From Octopus bimaculoides (lineage: Eukaryota): 64,000 bases of DNA. Location of the stretch: assembly GCF_001194135.2 (NCBI RefSeq), contig NC_068994.1, positions 4,568,993 through 4,632,992 on the forward strand. Reading direction: 5' to 3'. Within the stretch, counting starts at the first letter, position 1, and each line of letters begins with the position of its first letter. Shown here piece after piece: positions 24,581 through 36,120 of this stretch. Position numbers and translations under genes: made by a program. The notes under the pieces are model-generated. The model did not search any database and was not told where the DNA came from. It saw only the letters and a program-made list of their open reading frames with translations.

Positions 24581-25974
24581 ATGGAAGAGTATGGTGCAAT
24601 ACAATGGAGTACAAAGCAGAGTGCATCTGTGAATTCTAATGAATCTCTGATGGTTTTGTAAATGCTGGTGCAAGGCATGGTCCTCGTGAAAACTCCACCA
24701 AGGCCCCTGCTGCCCTCCTTCGAGTTTGTGGTTCAGAGTTTTATGCTTTTCAACAAGTGGGCTTTGTTGCATGGTCTGCAGTGTAACTCTAATCTCAGGG
24801 GTCGGCAGTAAATGAGAGTCAGTGGTTGGAAAGGCAAAACAAGAACAATTAAACAAATAGAAGACATGCACCAAAAAAATTAAATCAACCTCTTCCTCGT
24901 GTTAATTATGGAGGAACAAAAGAAAAAAAATGACTAAATAAATATTTTAAACTACTTCCTGTCACATGAACTTCTTTTTAAAAATCTCAAATGTTAAAGT
25001 ATCCAAAATGAATAAGGAATTAAAGCTGTTGATGATGGTGGTAGTGGTTGTGGTGGTGGTTGTGATGACGGTAGACTTTAAAAGTTAAGTCATCATCATC
25101 ATCGTCATCATCCTTGACAAGACATTAACTCCTTTCATACCAACCAGTCTCATGGTTTTCATACAAACTTCCTATTTTAAAAGGATTTAAATTAAAACCT
25201 CTCACAAAAATATCTCTACATTACTTGATGTTTCAAACAGCAAGTTTTTTAACTAAACTCTTCATTATTTTTTTCAAGAATTACTTGACATGCAGGAAAT
25301 ATATTTCAATGGAAATATGGTTAAAGAAATGAGTGACCCTTTTTAAAGGGTCTCCACCTCAATAAAAAAAAAAAGCTACTGTCCTCACACAGACCCTGTC
25401 TATTACAGGTATTCACCATTTTTGACTCGACTCGTTTTTCAGGCAGTTTTTTTTACACCCTGTCATGCATACACACATCAAATTGTCTATGTAAATATGT
25501 GCATGTGTATATATATTATAATATAATAAATATAATATAACATAATATAATATGTGTGTGTGTGTGTATATATATAAATACATATATATATATTCTCACA
25601 GATTAACTATAACTAATTATATGTACATAAATCTATAAATATATATATAACCAGTTCTGTTTGATAATACAAATATTAAAGAATTAATATCTTATCTTTA
25701 TTCTCTGTTTTTATTTCATTGAAATATTTTAAATATTTTCAAAAATGTTGTTAATTATGTTAACGAGATGCATGTGTCAGGTGATTTCTCAGGTGTGAAA
25801 CCTCCTCCCATTGCCACTGTCACCAGCTTATCTAATTGCCCTTCGTTACAGCTAATTGGTTGCTGGCCAGCTTATGTAACGGTTGCTACACATATATGTT
25901 TACATCTAACTAATATATAAAATATATAATCTGTGTGTATGTGTGTATACACAAATATATTATGTGTTTGAGAA

Positions 25975-26060
25975 ATATGCTTCCCAACCAAGTGATCTCA
26001 GGTTCCGTCCTATCATCTGGCGCCATTTTGCAAGTGTCTCCTACTATAGACAGTGTATTT
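25975..26060 (+). mobile_element. SINE family B head fragment
   Basis: GCTTCCCAACCA...TTGCAAGTGTCTCCTACTATAG. Confidence 0.5.
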
Positions 26061-26289
26061 GTCAAGTCTGTCAGTTCACCAATAACGTGCTGGCTCACAA
26101 TGAAACCACGGGTCATGCATTTACTGTGATGAATCCCCAACAGAGACACTACTGATTGGTGTTAATAGCAGTTTCAGTCAGATCATGAAGGATAAAGAGA
26201 GAACGGAATACCTTAGGTCTGGGATGGAATTGTATTTGACCATGGGAAACATTGCTGTATGCTGATGGTACAAGGTGGTCATGACTGGT

Positions 26290-26470
26290 GCCATGTTAAA
26301 AGCACTCAGAACACTTTGTAAAACGGTTGGCATTAGGAAGGGCATCCAACCATGGAAACCAGCCAAAACTGATTATGGAACCAGGTGTGGCTTCTGGCCT
26401 TGTCAGCTTCTGTCAAACTCTGCAACCCATAGGAGCATGGAAAACAGATGTTAAATAATGATGATGATGG
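26290..26470 (+). mobile_element. RTE-type LINE 3' UTR fragment with (GAT)n tail
   Basis: GGTTGGCATTAGGAAGGGCATCC...CATGGAAAACAGATGTTAAA(TGA)n. Confidence 0.75.
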
Positions 26471-27204
26471 TGTTTTCAATTAATCACGCATTATCTCATA
26501 GATTTGAGGTTTCAACGAGGTGATTGTTTATTTCTACAATGACATTGTAGGGCAGGTGTGATAGGTTGAATCTGGCTGGTTTTAGCATCAAACATGTAGA
26601 ATATTTAGGTTGGGTGTGGCCGGTTTAAATGCTAAAGAGCTATTGTATATAGACTGTAGACTATATAGACTATAGCTGAATAATAGATGGGATGGTCATG
26701 TTTGGAATGCTTTCAATCATATGTCTGCTGGATTTGAATTGACTTGGAGATAAACAGGAACCAAACCTCACGCTCCATCACTGTGACTCCTTCCAACCCT
26801 GACAACAACAATTTTCTGAATATTGATTTCATAACAGAAATAAGAAAATAATAATAAACAAATAAACCAATAACAACAAACAAATAACAACAAATAAATA
26901 ACAAAACATAAATGAATACATAAAGAAACTCACAATGAACAAATAGCAAAAAAATATAACAAATTCTAAAAATATAAAATTTAATCTGAAAAATCTTACA
27001 AAAACAACAACAACAACAACAATAATGACAATGATGATACGAATAATAATGTTATTAACAACACAAACAACAACAACAACATTTTTGTGATTATTGATTT
27101 AAGGAAGATAATAAAAATATAAAAATATAATCAATAATAAATAAATATTTAATGATTTTGTTTGAGTTTGGCACCAGGGTTAATTGTGCTGTATTACACT
27201 TGAC

Positions 27205-27723
27205 TGAGGTTACCCCAGTTTTGAGGTGTAGTACAGTGGGCTAAGGTTACCCCAGTTTTGTGATGTAATACAGAAGGCAGAATCACTCCAGTTCTGTTGG
27301 CTAAGGAAGAAATTGCCCCAGTTTTGTGAATTGAGGATACTTCAGCTTTGTGATGTAGTTCAGTGGGTTAAGGTTATCCCAGTTTTGTGGTGTAATACAG
27401 AAAGCAGAATCACTCCAGTTCTTTGGGCTAAGGAAGATGTTACCCCCCAGTTTTGTGAACTGAGGATACCCCAGTTTTGTGGTCTACTACAGAATAGAGA
27501 ATCACTCAAGTTTTGTGGGCTAAGGAAGATGTTACCCCAGTTTTGTGGTGTAGTACAGTGGGTTACAGTTGCCCCAGTTTTATGGTGAAATACAGAAAGC
27601 AGAATCACTCCAGTTTTGTGGGCTAAGGAAGTTGTTACCCCAGTTTTGTGAACTGAGGTTACCCCAGTTTTGTCATGTAGTATAGTGGGTTTAGATTACC
27701 CCAGTTTTGCAGTGTAATACAGA

Positions 27724-27726
<3 letters not shown>
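27205..27726. repeat. Higher-order minisatellite, 16 monomers sharing the core TTACCCCAGTTTTGTG
   Basis: Four monomer types recur in the order ABCD-ABCD-BC-ABCD-AB. Confidence 0.85.
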
Positions 27727-27761
<35 letters not shown>

Positions 27762-27784
27762 TAATATATATATATATATATATA

Positions 27785-28065
27785 TCGCATCATCATCATG
27801 ATTATTTAACGTCTGTTGTCCATGCTGGCATGGGTTGGACGGCTTGACCAGGGCTGGCAGGCTGGAAGGCTGCACCGTGCTCCAGTCTGATTTGGCAGGG
27901 TTTCTAAGGCTGGATGCCCTTCCTAATGCCAACCATTCCAAGAGTGTAATGGATGCCTTTACATGCCACCAGACAAGGGATTGGAGGACCCTGTCAAAGG
28001 CTTTCTCCAAGTCAACAATGAAAACATGTCCAGGTATGGAGAAATATAACCTTACTTGGGAATAG
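27785..28065 (-). mobile_element. Internally deleted RTE-type LINE: RT fragment fused directly to the 3' UTR
   Basis: The minus strand encodes VDLEKAFDRVLQSLVWW (RT motif) and runs straight into the 3' UTR and (GAT)n tail. Confidence 0.75.
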
Positions 28066-28334
28066 ATGGAGTTTTGGCAACAGGGAGGGCATCTGGCCTT
28101 AGAATATTTGCCTCAGAGAATTCCGTCTGATCCGTGCAAGCATGGAAAAGGGACATGAAAGCAATAATGGTGATGATGATGATGATGTTATGTAGATATG
28201 AGTGTGTATGTATGTATGTGTGTGTGCTTGTATGGATGTGTGTGCGTGCGTATGCTTGTATGGATGTGTGTATGTGTTTAGGCAATGTAAAAAAAAAAAG
28301 TACACTGAGTTGTGTCCCTTTATACCAAAAGCTA

Positions 28335-28470
28335 AGTCAGTCATTTACTGGAATAAAGATTGATAAAATATAATTTAGACGAGAGTATGTCCTGCGGTCA
28401 ATGTCATTCGACAAAACAACTCTTATCGACATTGCTCCAGCATGGCACCATCCAATGAGTGAAACCAGTG
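28335..28470 (+). mobile_element. SINE family B 3' fragment, degenerate
   Basis: TTGCTCCAGCATGGC and upstream similarity. Confidence 0.5.
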
Positions 28471-28699
28471 ACAGAGTTGAAATGGCCCAGTTGTTAGTGA
28501 ACTGATCTAGCTGTAGTTTGATCAAAGGTTCAAATGCCTCTGCTGGCATCTTGGTGTGTATGTGGCGGTGGGGGAGGGGATGGCCTGAGTAAAAACAGTT
28601 AAAATGGTTCTCAACAACAACAAAAACAACAACAACAATAAATACAGCAATAAGAATGAAATCGTGAATGAAAATTGAATAAATTGTTGTTTTTATTCC

Positions 28700-28898
28700 T
28701 CATTGGTCAGCAGAATGGACTGCTTCATAGATTTATTAGAAATTGTAACAGAGTGATTGGTCAATCAATTGGAGGTGGGGTTACATTGGATTGGATTGGT
28801 CAGTTGAGTTGATGGGAGGCGGGGTTACATTGGATTGGATTGATCATTTGGCGGGGGCAGGGGGGAAGTCAAACAGGATTGGTTGAATATATATATAG
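28700..28898. promoter_or_regulatory. Cluster of 9 inverted CCAAT boxes with GC-box-like motifs and a downstream TATA-like run
   Basis: ATTGG at 28702, 28756, 28768, 28785, 28790, 28795, 28829, 28834 and 28878; GGAGGTGGGG and GGAGGCGGGG; TATATATA at about 28887. Confidence 0.45.
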
Positions 28899-29177
28899 TC
28901 TTATAGTTAACACACATCCACACACATACAATCACACACACACTCAAAGACACACACACACGCACATGCACACACACAAGCACACATATACATTTATTTA
29001 TTTATCTTTGTAACAGATCTTAACTGTAAGACTGAGAGGGTAAAACTTTTCATATCATGCCTTGGTGTTTAGTTCAGCCACTGACATAGAGTCCAATGTC
29101 AACGATTAGTGGAGGCCCTCTTAAATCTACCATATATCTGTAGAAGTTTTGACAGGGTCTAAGCAATAATCTTTATA

Positions 29178-29181
29178 AAGA

Positions 29182-29273
<92 letters not shown>

Positions 29274-29353
29274 AGAGAGAGAGAGAGAGAGAGAGATAAA
29301 TAGATAGACAGACAGACAGATAGATAGATAGATCGATAAATAGACAGACAGAC

Positions 29354-29389
<36 letters not shown>

Positions 29390-29522
29390 GGAGATAGATG
29401 GATAGGCAGATAGAGAGAGAAAGACAGACAAATGGATAGACAGATAGATAGATAGATAGAGAGACAGACAGGCAGATAGACAGACATAGATAGATAGATA
29501 GATATACATACATATATACATA
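29178..29522. repeat. Compound (TA)n/(GA)n/(GATA)n/(GACA)n microsatellite
   Basis: Direct reading. Confidence 0.95.
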
Positions 29523-29867
29523 TAGAAGCAATTTTGCAGATAACCAAATTAGACCCATCAAATATATTTGCTTCTGTCCCCACTCAACTCGATCCCTTTT
29601 ATAGCTTTTCTTCACCTTGTGGAATGATCGATCCCTTGTAAAGATATTGGAGTCCAAGGTCGTATCTTTTGATCCCTACTAAGGCTCTCCTATACAGAGA
29701 ATCTCTGGATCTCATCTGTGAACTATCTCCATATACATATATGTGCCACAGGAACTGGGTAACTGACCCCATGAGTCTCTATGACTAGGGAAAGACTGTC
29801 GTTATCCAGCAAGGGACCAGCATAAACGGCATAGATGGAACAAACAAGTCAATGCTGTGGTCATGGC

Positions 29868-30010
29868 GTGTTGTTATTATTATTATTATTATTATTATTG
29901 AGTGAGAGAGCAATGCATGCCATCAAAGTGACACTAGGGTACAAATATACGAAGCCCAGTATACCCATCATGGCTACCCGTCTGATAAGGGTACTCCAGG
30001 CACATATATC
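29868..30010 (-). mobile_element. Family H 3' fragment
   Basis: Near-identical to 14314-14420. Confidence 0.75.
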
Positions 30011-30094
30011 AGCACACCACCACCACCACCAACAACAACAACACCACCACCACCAACCACCATCACAACCATCTACACCACCAGCATCATCATT

Positions 30095-30330
30095 ATCACC
30101 ATCATCAATTCAACGTCCATTTTTCCATGGATGGTTTGACAAAAGCTGGAAAAGGCCAGGGAGCCACTCCAGGTTCCATAGTCAGTTTTGGCATTGCTGC
30201 TACAGCTGGATGCCCTTCCTAATGCCAACCACTTTACAGAGTCAGGCTTTTAAAGACTGGCTGCTTTTTATGCAACACCAAAAGCAGTACTTTTTACATG
30301 GCACCATCATGAGTACTTTTCATGTGGTAC
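30095..30330 (-). mobile_element. RTE-type LINE 3' UTR fragment
   Basis: CAGCTGGATGCCCTTCCTAATGCCAACC motif. Confidence 0.7.
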
Positions 30331-30349
30331 CAACACCAAATCTATTTAC

Positions 30350-30465
30350 AAAGGCTTTGGATGGCCTGGGGCTATAGTGGAAAATGTTTGCCTAAGATGC
30401 CGTGCAGTGGAATTGAAACCAAAACCACAAGAGTGGAGAGCAGGCTTCTTAACCACAGACACAAA
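30350..30465 (-). mobile_element. SINE family B head fragment
   Basis: Reverse complement of the tRNA/CORE head. Confidence 0.6.
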
Positions 30466-31084
30466 AGTGAAGGAGCAACAACAACAACAATGTCATCTTT
30501 CGATTTAGTGGGCAGGGAAGGGCAAGTGTTCTTGTGGTGCAATAAATTTCATGTGGAGCCTACAAGTGCTTGGTTAGCTTTCTGGATCATTCAGCCAGGT
30601 GGACTGAGCCAACTAGAGGTATGTGTATTGATTGAGGCATGTGATGGAGCATCTACAGAACAGTTCAACCAGCTAGAAATAGCAACCAAATCTTCCTCAA
30701 ACCACAGACTATTGTGTCTTAACTCTTTTGATATTAAACCGGGTCCTATGATACAAATTTCCTATTTCAAAGTAATTTAAATTAAAATTTCTCACCAGGA
30801 TTTCATGTTTAAAAGGAATGGTCCCTGGAATTTTTCAAAGGGGAGGGCACAAGGTCAGAAGAGAATACAATTCCAGGAGAAAAAGGGCGTAATAACATTA
30901 TTTAGAAGGGTGCACTTCTTTTCTTGAGTGGAGGACATTCCCCTCAGGCCCTCTCCTTGGGTCTGCCCCTGTTTAATTAAGCTCTCAAAGTTTTTGTTTA
31001 ACAATGTGGTGAAACTGATCTTTCTAAGGTCACTCAAAAACAACAACAACAACAGCAACAACAACAACACACTATCATCTGTCT

Positions 31085-31310
31085 TACTGCCAATCTCTTG
31101 TTGATGTTTGACCCTAGGACAGCAACGTTCAAACAGACGTATGATCAGGAGACATTCTAGCCATGATCGTCCTGAGTAATTTCTATATTAGGGAATACAT
31201 TATCCAATGTGTCCGTCCTTTTTTTAGGGACACAGTAGGGTGAGATTTGAGGAACATTTGGCTATTGTTTTTAGCAGATCAAGCAATCACACGAAGGCTC
31301 TTTTGTTAGC
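31085..31310 (+). mobile_element. Unclassified interspersed repeat (family I)
   Basis: Motifs CCCTAGG..TTCCAGCCATGAC and GATTTGAGG..TTGGCT..ATTTCTAGCAG recur at about 8380-8550, 31835-32000, 34745-34920, 41870-42080 and, inverted, 18400 and 26670. Confidence 0.55.
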
Positions 31311-31449
31311 TTGACCACCCACCTGTTCAGTGTGAGTGGAGCAAGTTGTCAACCTAGCAGACTGAGGCAAGCATATGCTATAGGCCTTTATGCCACAACA
31401 ACCAGCACAATGGCCTTAGGACAAGTCGATGACCTAATAGGCAACATCT

Positions 31450-31780
31450 CAGCGTCTGGGTCTGTTTCCTGTATGCAGGGGACAGGACACAGCCCCAGGG
31501 TTTGTCTCCTGTAAGCAGAGGACAGGACAAGATGGTAAGACAGCTGCAGGACAGCTACAAATGTTTAATGACAGCTACAAATGTTTAGATTGATAAAATA
31601 CCAGACAACCAACACGGAAGTCCTTGGATCATACCCTACAACCAGTAATACACTGGGTCCAAAGCCGAGACAGTTAACTGTTAACAGATCAGTCCATAAA
31701 GCAGAAACAGGTGGCACAGGGTGTACAGACTCACACCTGTGAACCAACAGCACCAATATTGTAACACCCCCCCCCTGTTT
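31450..31780 (-). mobile_element. Possible LTR fragment preceded by a polypurine tract
   Basis: Minus strand AAACAG9 is immediately followed by TGTTACA at 31766; internal direct repeats are present; no partner LTR was found. Confidence 0.25.
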
Positions 31781-32514
31781 ACCTGAGGAATTTTTGGACT
31801 CTTCTGTTTGGTGCTGAAGATGTGGGTTTGTGTTGTTTAGCCCTAGGTCAGTCCAGATCCAGCAGTCCCATTAAACACTGGTAGTTGTTGTTTAGTCCTA
31901 GGTGAGCCCTGGTCAAGCAAACATACAATCAAATGCATTCCAGCCATGACTAACCAGCCTGTCTTTTTAGAATTATTTAGGACTACATTATCTAATGTGA
32001 CACATCCTTATTTATATAATCTGTATATTGTTGAAGTGTAACCAATTTTATTGCATGTAAATTTTAATAACAAAGTCTTATATAGATCCCCAAGGGTTAC
32101 ATGAACCCAGGTCTAGTATTTCCAGTATTAAATGGAGGTGAGATAAATCTCCACCTGGATGAATGACAGCCTCTCACAGATAGCTTTTCCCAAGCAGGGA
32201 AAAATACTACTCTGCAATAATAGCTAACAAATCACTCGTCCTATCAACAGAGGTGCCACTGCTTGGGGCCGTGGGTCGTTCCATCTGCATGGTACCTATC
32301 TACAGCCAGGTAAACTGGGCTGTTCAAAGGTTAAACTTACCTCACCTTCCAAAAATACCCAGAGCCAAGGACAAAACAGAAACTGCTGGCCACACCCCTG
32401 CCTGCTCACCATCCCACCCTCCTCCTGGTCATCCCCTGCTATCCTTACAAAGTGCTCCTTTCACTGATTTCTATTATTAGACTGTGGCCATGCTGGGGCA
32501 TGGCAAAATCGTTT

Positions 32515-32673
32515 AGATCGACCCTTGTATGTAACTGGTACTTCATTTATCAACCCCGAAAGATGAAAAGCAAAGTCGACCTCGGTGGAATTTGAACTCA
32601 GAATGTAGAGACAGATAAAATACCGCTAAGCATTTCGCCCGGCATGCTAGCATTTCTGCCAGCTCACCGCCTT
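32515..32673 (-). mobile_element. SINE family A, well preserved
   Basis: Reverse complement AAGGCGGTGAGCTGGCAGAA...GAGTTCAAATTCCACCGAGGTCGACTTTGC. Confidence 0.85.
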
Positions 32674-32980
32674 ACATTGATGTGATATTATTACATCAAT
32701 CTCTCTCTCTCTTTTCTATATAACTAGATCTGCTCTTTATTCTCCCATTCCAACTATTTAAGCGACTCCTGATTACTGACTATATATAAAAACTTCCATC
32801 TAAATGTAAATGTATTATTTGATTCTCTGTCCGAAGAATTTCTTATAGGAGATATCGTACACATTTCTCCTAAATGCACAAGTTTGTATTAACTCCTATT
32901 AGCAAATGAAACATGTGTAATGGTAAATAAGTAATACCAAAAATTTTTCAATCTCTTGTTTTGATTCAAAATATAGATAT

Positions 32981-33214
32981 CAGTGATTTTCAACCATATT
33001 TTAGTTATTCTGACGGACCCCACGAGCCATTCGATACTTAAAACTCCCTATTCAATTTTTTAATTATATATTATTAGGAATTTTATAAGAAAATTGTTAA
33101 AATATTTTGTGTATTGTAAAAAAAAAAGTATAATCAAATTTATTGCACATTGATTTTAACAAAATTTTATATGGACCCCTAAAGGTCATAAGGGACCTTG
33201 GTTGAAAACTACTC
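32981..33214 (-). mobile_element. hAT-type MITE, complete
   Basis: Degenerate TIRs CAGTGATTTTCAACC / GGTTGAAAACTACT with an AT-rich body matching 6544 and 38463. Confidence 0.7.
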
Positions 33215-33794
33215 TGACTTATATATAGATATAATACCTAGTGGTATTTTGTCTGACTCTTTACATTCTGAGTTCAAATCCCACCAAGGTCAATTTTTAC
33301 CAGTTTGAATGTACATCCGGTAGAATATTTAAGCTGGATGGATCGAAGTCTGTGCAAAGATTTGTTTCCAGCGATGAGAGGGATACACAATCCCTTACTA
33401 CACAGGTGGACTTATCCACAACTGGCCCCAACGGCAAGGAAGAGATCCAGGACAACTGGGATCAGGGACCGTGTCCACAGTATGTAGTGGGCTGCCTTGG
33501 CTTTGTCCTGCTGTAGCCAATAGCAGCAGGAAACAGAACTAGCCTCCAAATGTCGGACAGACACAGAGGGTGTGTGACCAGGGGAGTTTAAATGCTAAAG
33601 GGTCAAAATGGACTCCCACTACTGGACTGCTGCATAATTTTATCGACCCCTAAAAGAATGACCAGCACAGGTGACATCAGCGGGAATTGAACTTAGAACA
33701 TAAAGGACCAGGAAAAATTCAACAAGGCAGTTTGTATGATGCTCGACTGATCCTACCATTTCTCTACGTTCAATAATAAAGATGGATTTTTCAT

Positions 33795-34201
33795 TTAGGC
33801 GTAAAGCCAGGATTTGGAGGGGATAGGGGTTAGTAGATACCATGGACCCCAGTACTTTCCTGGTACGTTATTTTATCAACCAAAGAGGAATGAAGGACAA
33901 GATTGACCTCGGCTTAATTTGAACTCAGATTATAAAGCAGTGGCTCTCAACTATTTTACTACCGGGGCCAGATCCGAAACCTGGATCTTTTTTAGGGGGA
34001 TGTACCAAAACAAAAAAAAAAGAAAGAAAAATACAAGTCAATTAAAGAAAAATTTATTATATTTTATCGTAGGAGGACCATTGAGGGCCATATGCGGCCC
34101 TGGGGGGGTCCACGGTTGAGATCCACTGATGTAAAGAGTCAGACGAAATACGGTGAAATATCTTTTCCAATGTGCTAACAGTTCCGCCATCTCACCACCT
34201 T
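33795..34201 (-). mobile_element. SINE family A interrupted by a hAT-type MITE
   Basis: The SINE halves are collinear on both sides of 33938-34128. Confidence 0.75.
33938..34128. mobile_element. hAT-type MITE with 8-bp target-site duplication
   Basis: TIRs CAGTGGCTCTCAAC / GTTGAGATCCACTG; flanks TTATAAAG and ATGTAAAG (6/8 identical). Confidence 0.8.
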
Positions 34202-34287
34202 ATAATAATAATAATAATAATGATAATAATAATAATGATAATAATAATGATAATAATAATAATAATAATGATAATAATATGATAATA

Positions 34288-34625
34288 ATTCTTTCTATTA
34301 TAGGCACAAAGCCCGAAATTTGTAGGGAGGGGACTAGTTGATTACATTGACCCCAGTGTTTCACTGGTACTTAATTTATTGACCCTGAAATTTATTGACC
34401 TCAGCAGAACAACAACAATAATAATAATAATGGTTTCAAATTTTGGCACAAAGCCAGCAATTTTTTTAGTGGGAAGGAGGGTCAGTTGATTACGTTGACC
34501 CCAGTACCTGACTGGTACTTTATTTTATTGACTCTGAAAGGATGAAAAGTAAAGCTGCCCTCGGCAGGATTTGAACTCAGAAAGTGAAAGAGTCAGAACA
34601 AATACTGCAAAGCAATTTGATGCTG
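34288..34625 (-). mobile_element. Two tandem SINE family A copies separated by (AAT/AAC)n
   Basis: Repeated GGCACAAAGCC...CTGGTACTT...TTGACC motifs. Confidence 0.75.
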
Positions 34626-35699
34626 TAACCCACTTGACTAATTCACTATGTTGATAATAATAAATAATAATGTTATATTAATGATTATTTTATACAAGAC
34701 GAGTGGATGGTGATGATGGTGGTGGTGGTGGTAATGGTGGTGATTGACCCTAGGTCAAGCTGGACTGAACAGACCAATGGTCAAAGATGTTCCAGCCAGC
34801 CATGACACACCTGTCATTTATTCAGTTTTAGAGTGCGATCGAGGATGTGATTTGAGGGAGATTTAGCTGTTATTTCTGGCATTTTGAGTGACCATGTAGA
34901 GGCTCCATTGCTGGCTCATGGCAACATTGGTAGAAAAGGTTTGCAGAGAAGACAACAGAAGAGAAAGAGGCAAAGTGGGGGGGGGGGGAGACTGGAAATA
35001 GCATGTAATGTTAAGGTTTAGACAGAGACAATTCCACAGACCTGTAGTGAATTCTTCATGATGGTTTTGATATATTTTTTGAAATCTATCTTATATTATA
35101 TAGTATTATGCATTTTTGGGTTCTATATTTGCAGCTTTGCTCAATGAAAATCTTGCTAAACTTTGGTAGAACATATCTGTCTTTACACAAGTATACACAC
35201 AATTGCTTCCACACCGACACATTGATTCCACAGAATGAAGAATGTGGAACAGTTCCACCAATTGAAAACACAGTTTCTTTTTTTTTTTTTTGGAAATAAA
35301 ACCAAAGAACAAATGTAAAGAACATTTAAATATAAAGAAAAATTTAAATAAAAAAATACTGTCCAATGATAAAAAAAATTAATAAAATATAAATATAAAA
35401 ATTATATCAAAAAGATTTCTACAAAATTCTATTTTGGTTTATTTTTCTTTCTTTCTAAAATATCTTAAAACATCAAAACGTCCATTTTAGAATAGAATGT
35501 ATGTATGTATATAAGCACACACACACCCATATATATATACACACACACACACATACACATTCGTTCACATATATTATGCTTGTATGTATGTACATCTAAG
35601 CAGTACAAGCCTACGCAGACACACACACACACATATACAAACCAAATAAACATGACAATTGATATAGCATGTTACACAGGTGTCATTAACCTCCTAACC

Positions 35700-36120
35700 A
35701 TGCCAGTCCAGCAAACCAGAGCAAACTAGATCGTTCTTAAAATAGTCCAGTCCAGTCCAGTTCACAGCTCTCTTAATCAGACCATTCCAAAACAATTTTT
35801 GAGTGCAAAACCAGACCAAACTGGTCTGCCTAGACTAGACCAGACTGGCCCAACCTCAACCAGTTTAGACTAGCCCAGATGAAACCAGTTTAGACAGAAT
35901 TCAGATCAACCTTAGCCAGCTTAAATAAAATTGGAGCACATCAGTTTAGACAAGATAGGTTCAGCTTCAACCAGCTTAAACAAGATCTAATTTAGTCAGT
36001 TAGACAAGATCAGACCAAATCAATTTAGACAAGACCAGATCAGTGTGAACCAGCATACATTAGACCAGCACATTCCAGACCAGTTCAAACATTTTCAAAC
36101 AGATTCAGTATAGTCCAGAC
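35700..36120. repeat. Degenerate pentamer/decamer repeat (CCAGA/CCAGT; CAGTTTAGAC)
   Basis: CAG/TAG recur with about 5-bp phasing over about 420 bp. Confidence 0.65.

Noticed and set aside
25335-25352. Hairpin GACCCTTTTTAAAGGGTC resembling a histone 3' stem-loop
   Set aside because: Loop size and stem bases do not fit the 6-bp stem/4-nt loop consensus, and no histone ORF lies upstream.
27205-27726. CRISPR-like repeat-spacer appearance
   Set aside because: The spacers are themselves repeated in fixed order, the context is eukaryotic and there are no cas genes.
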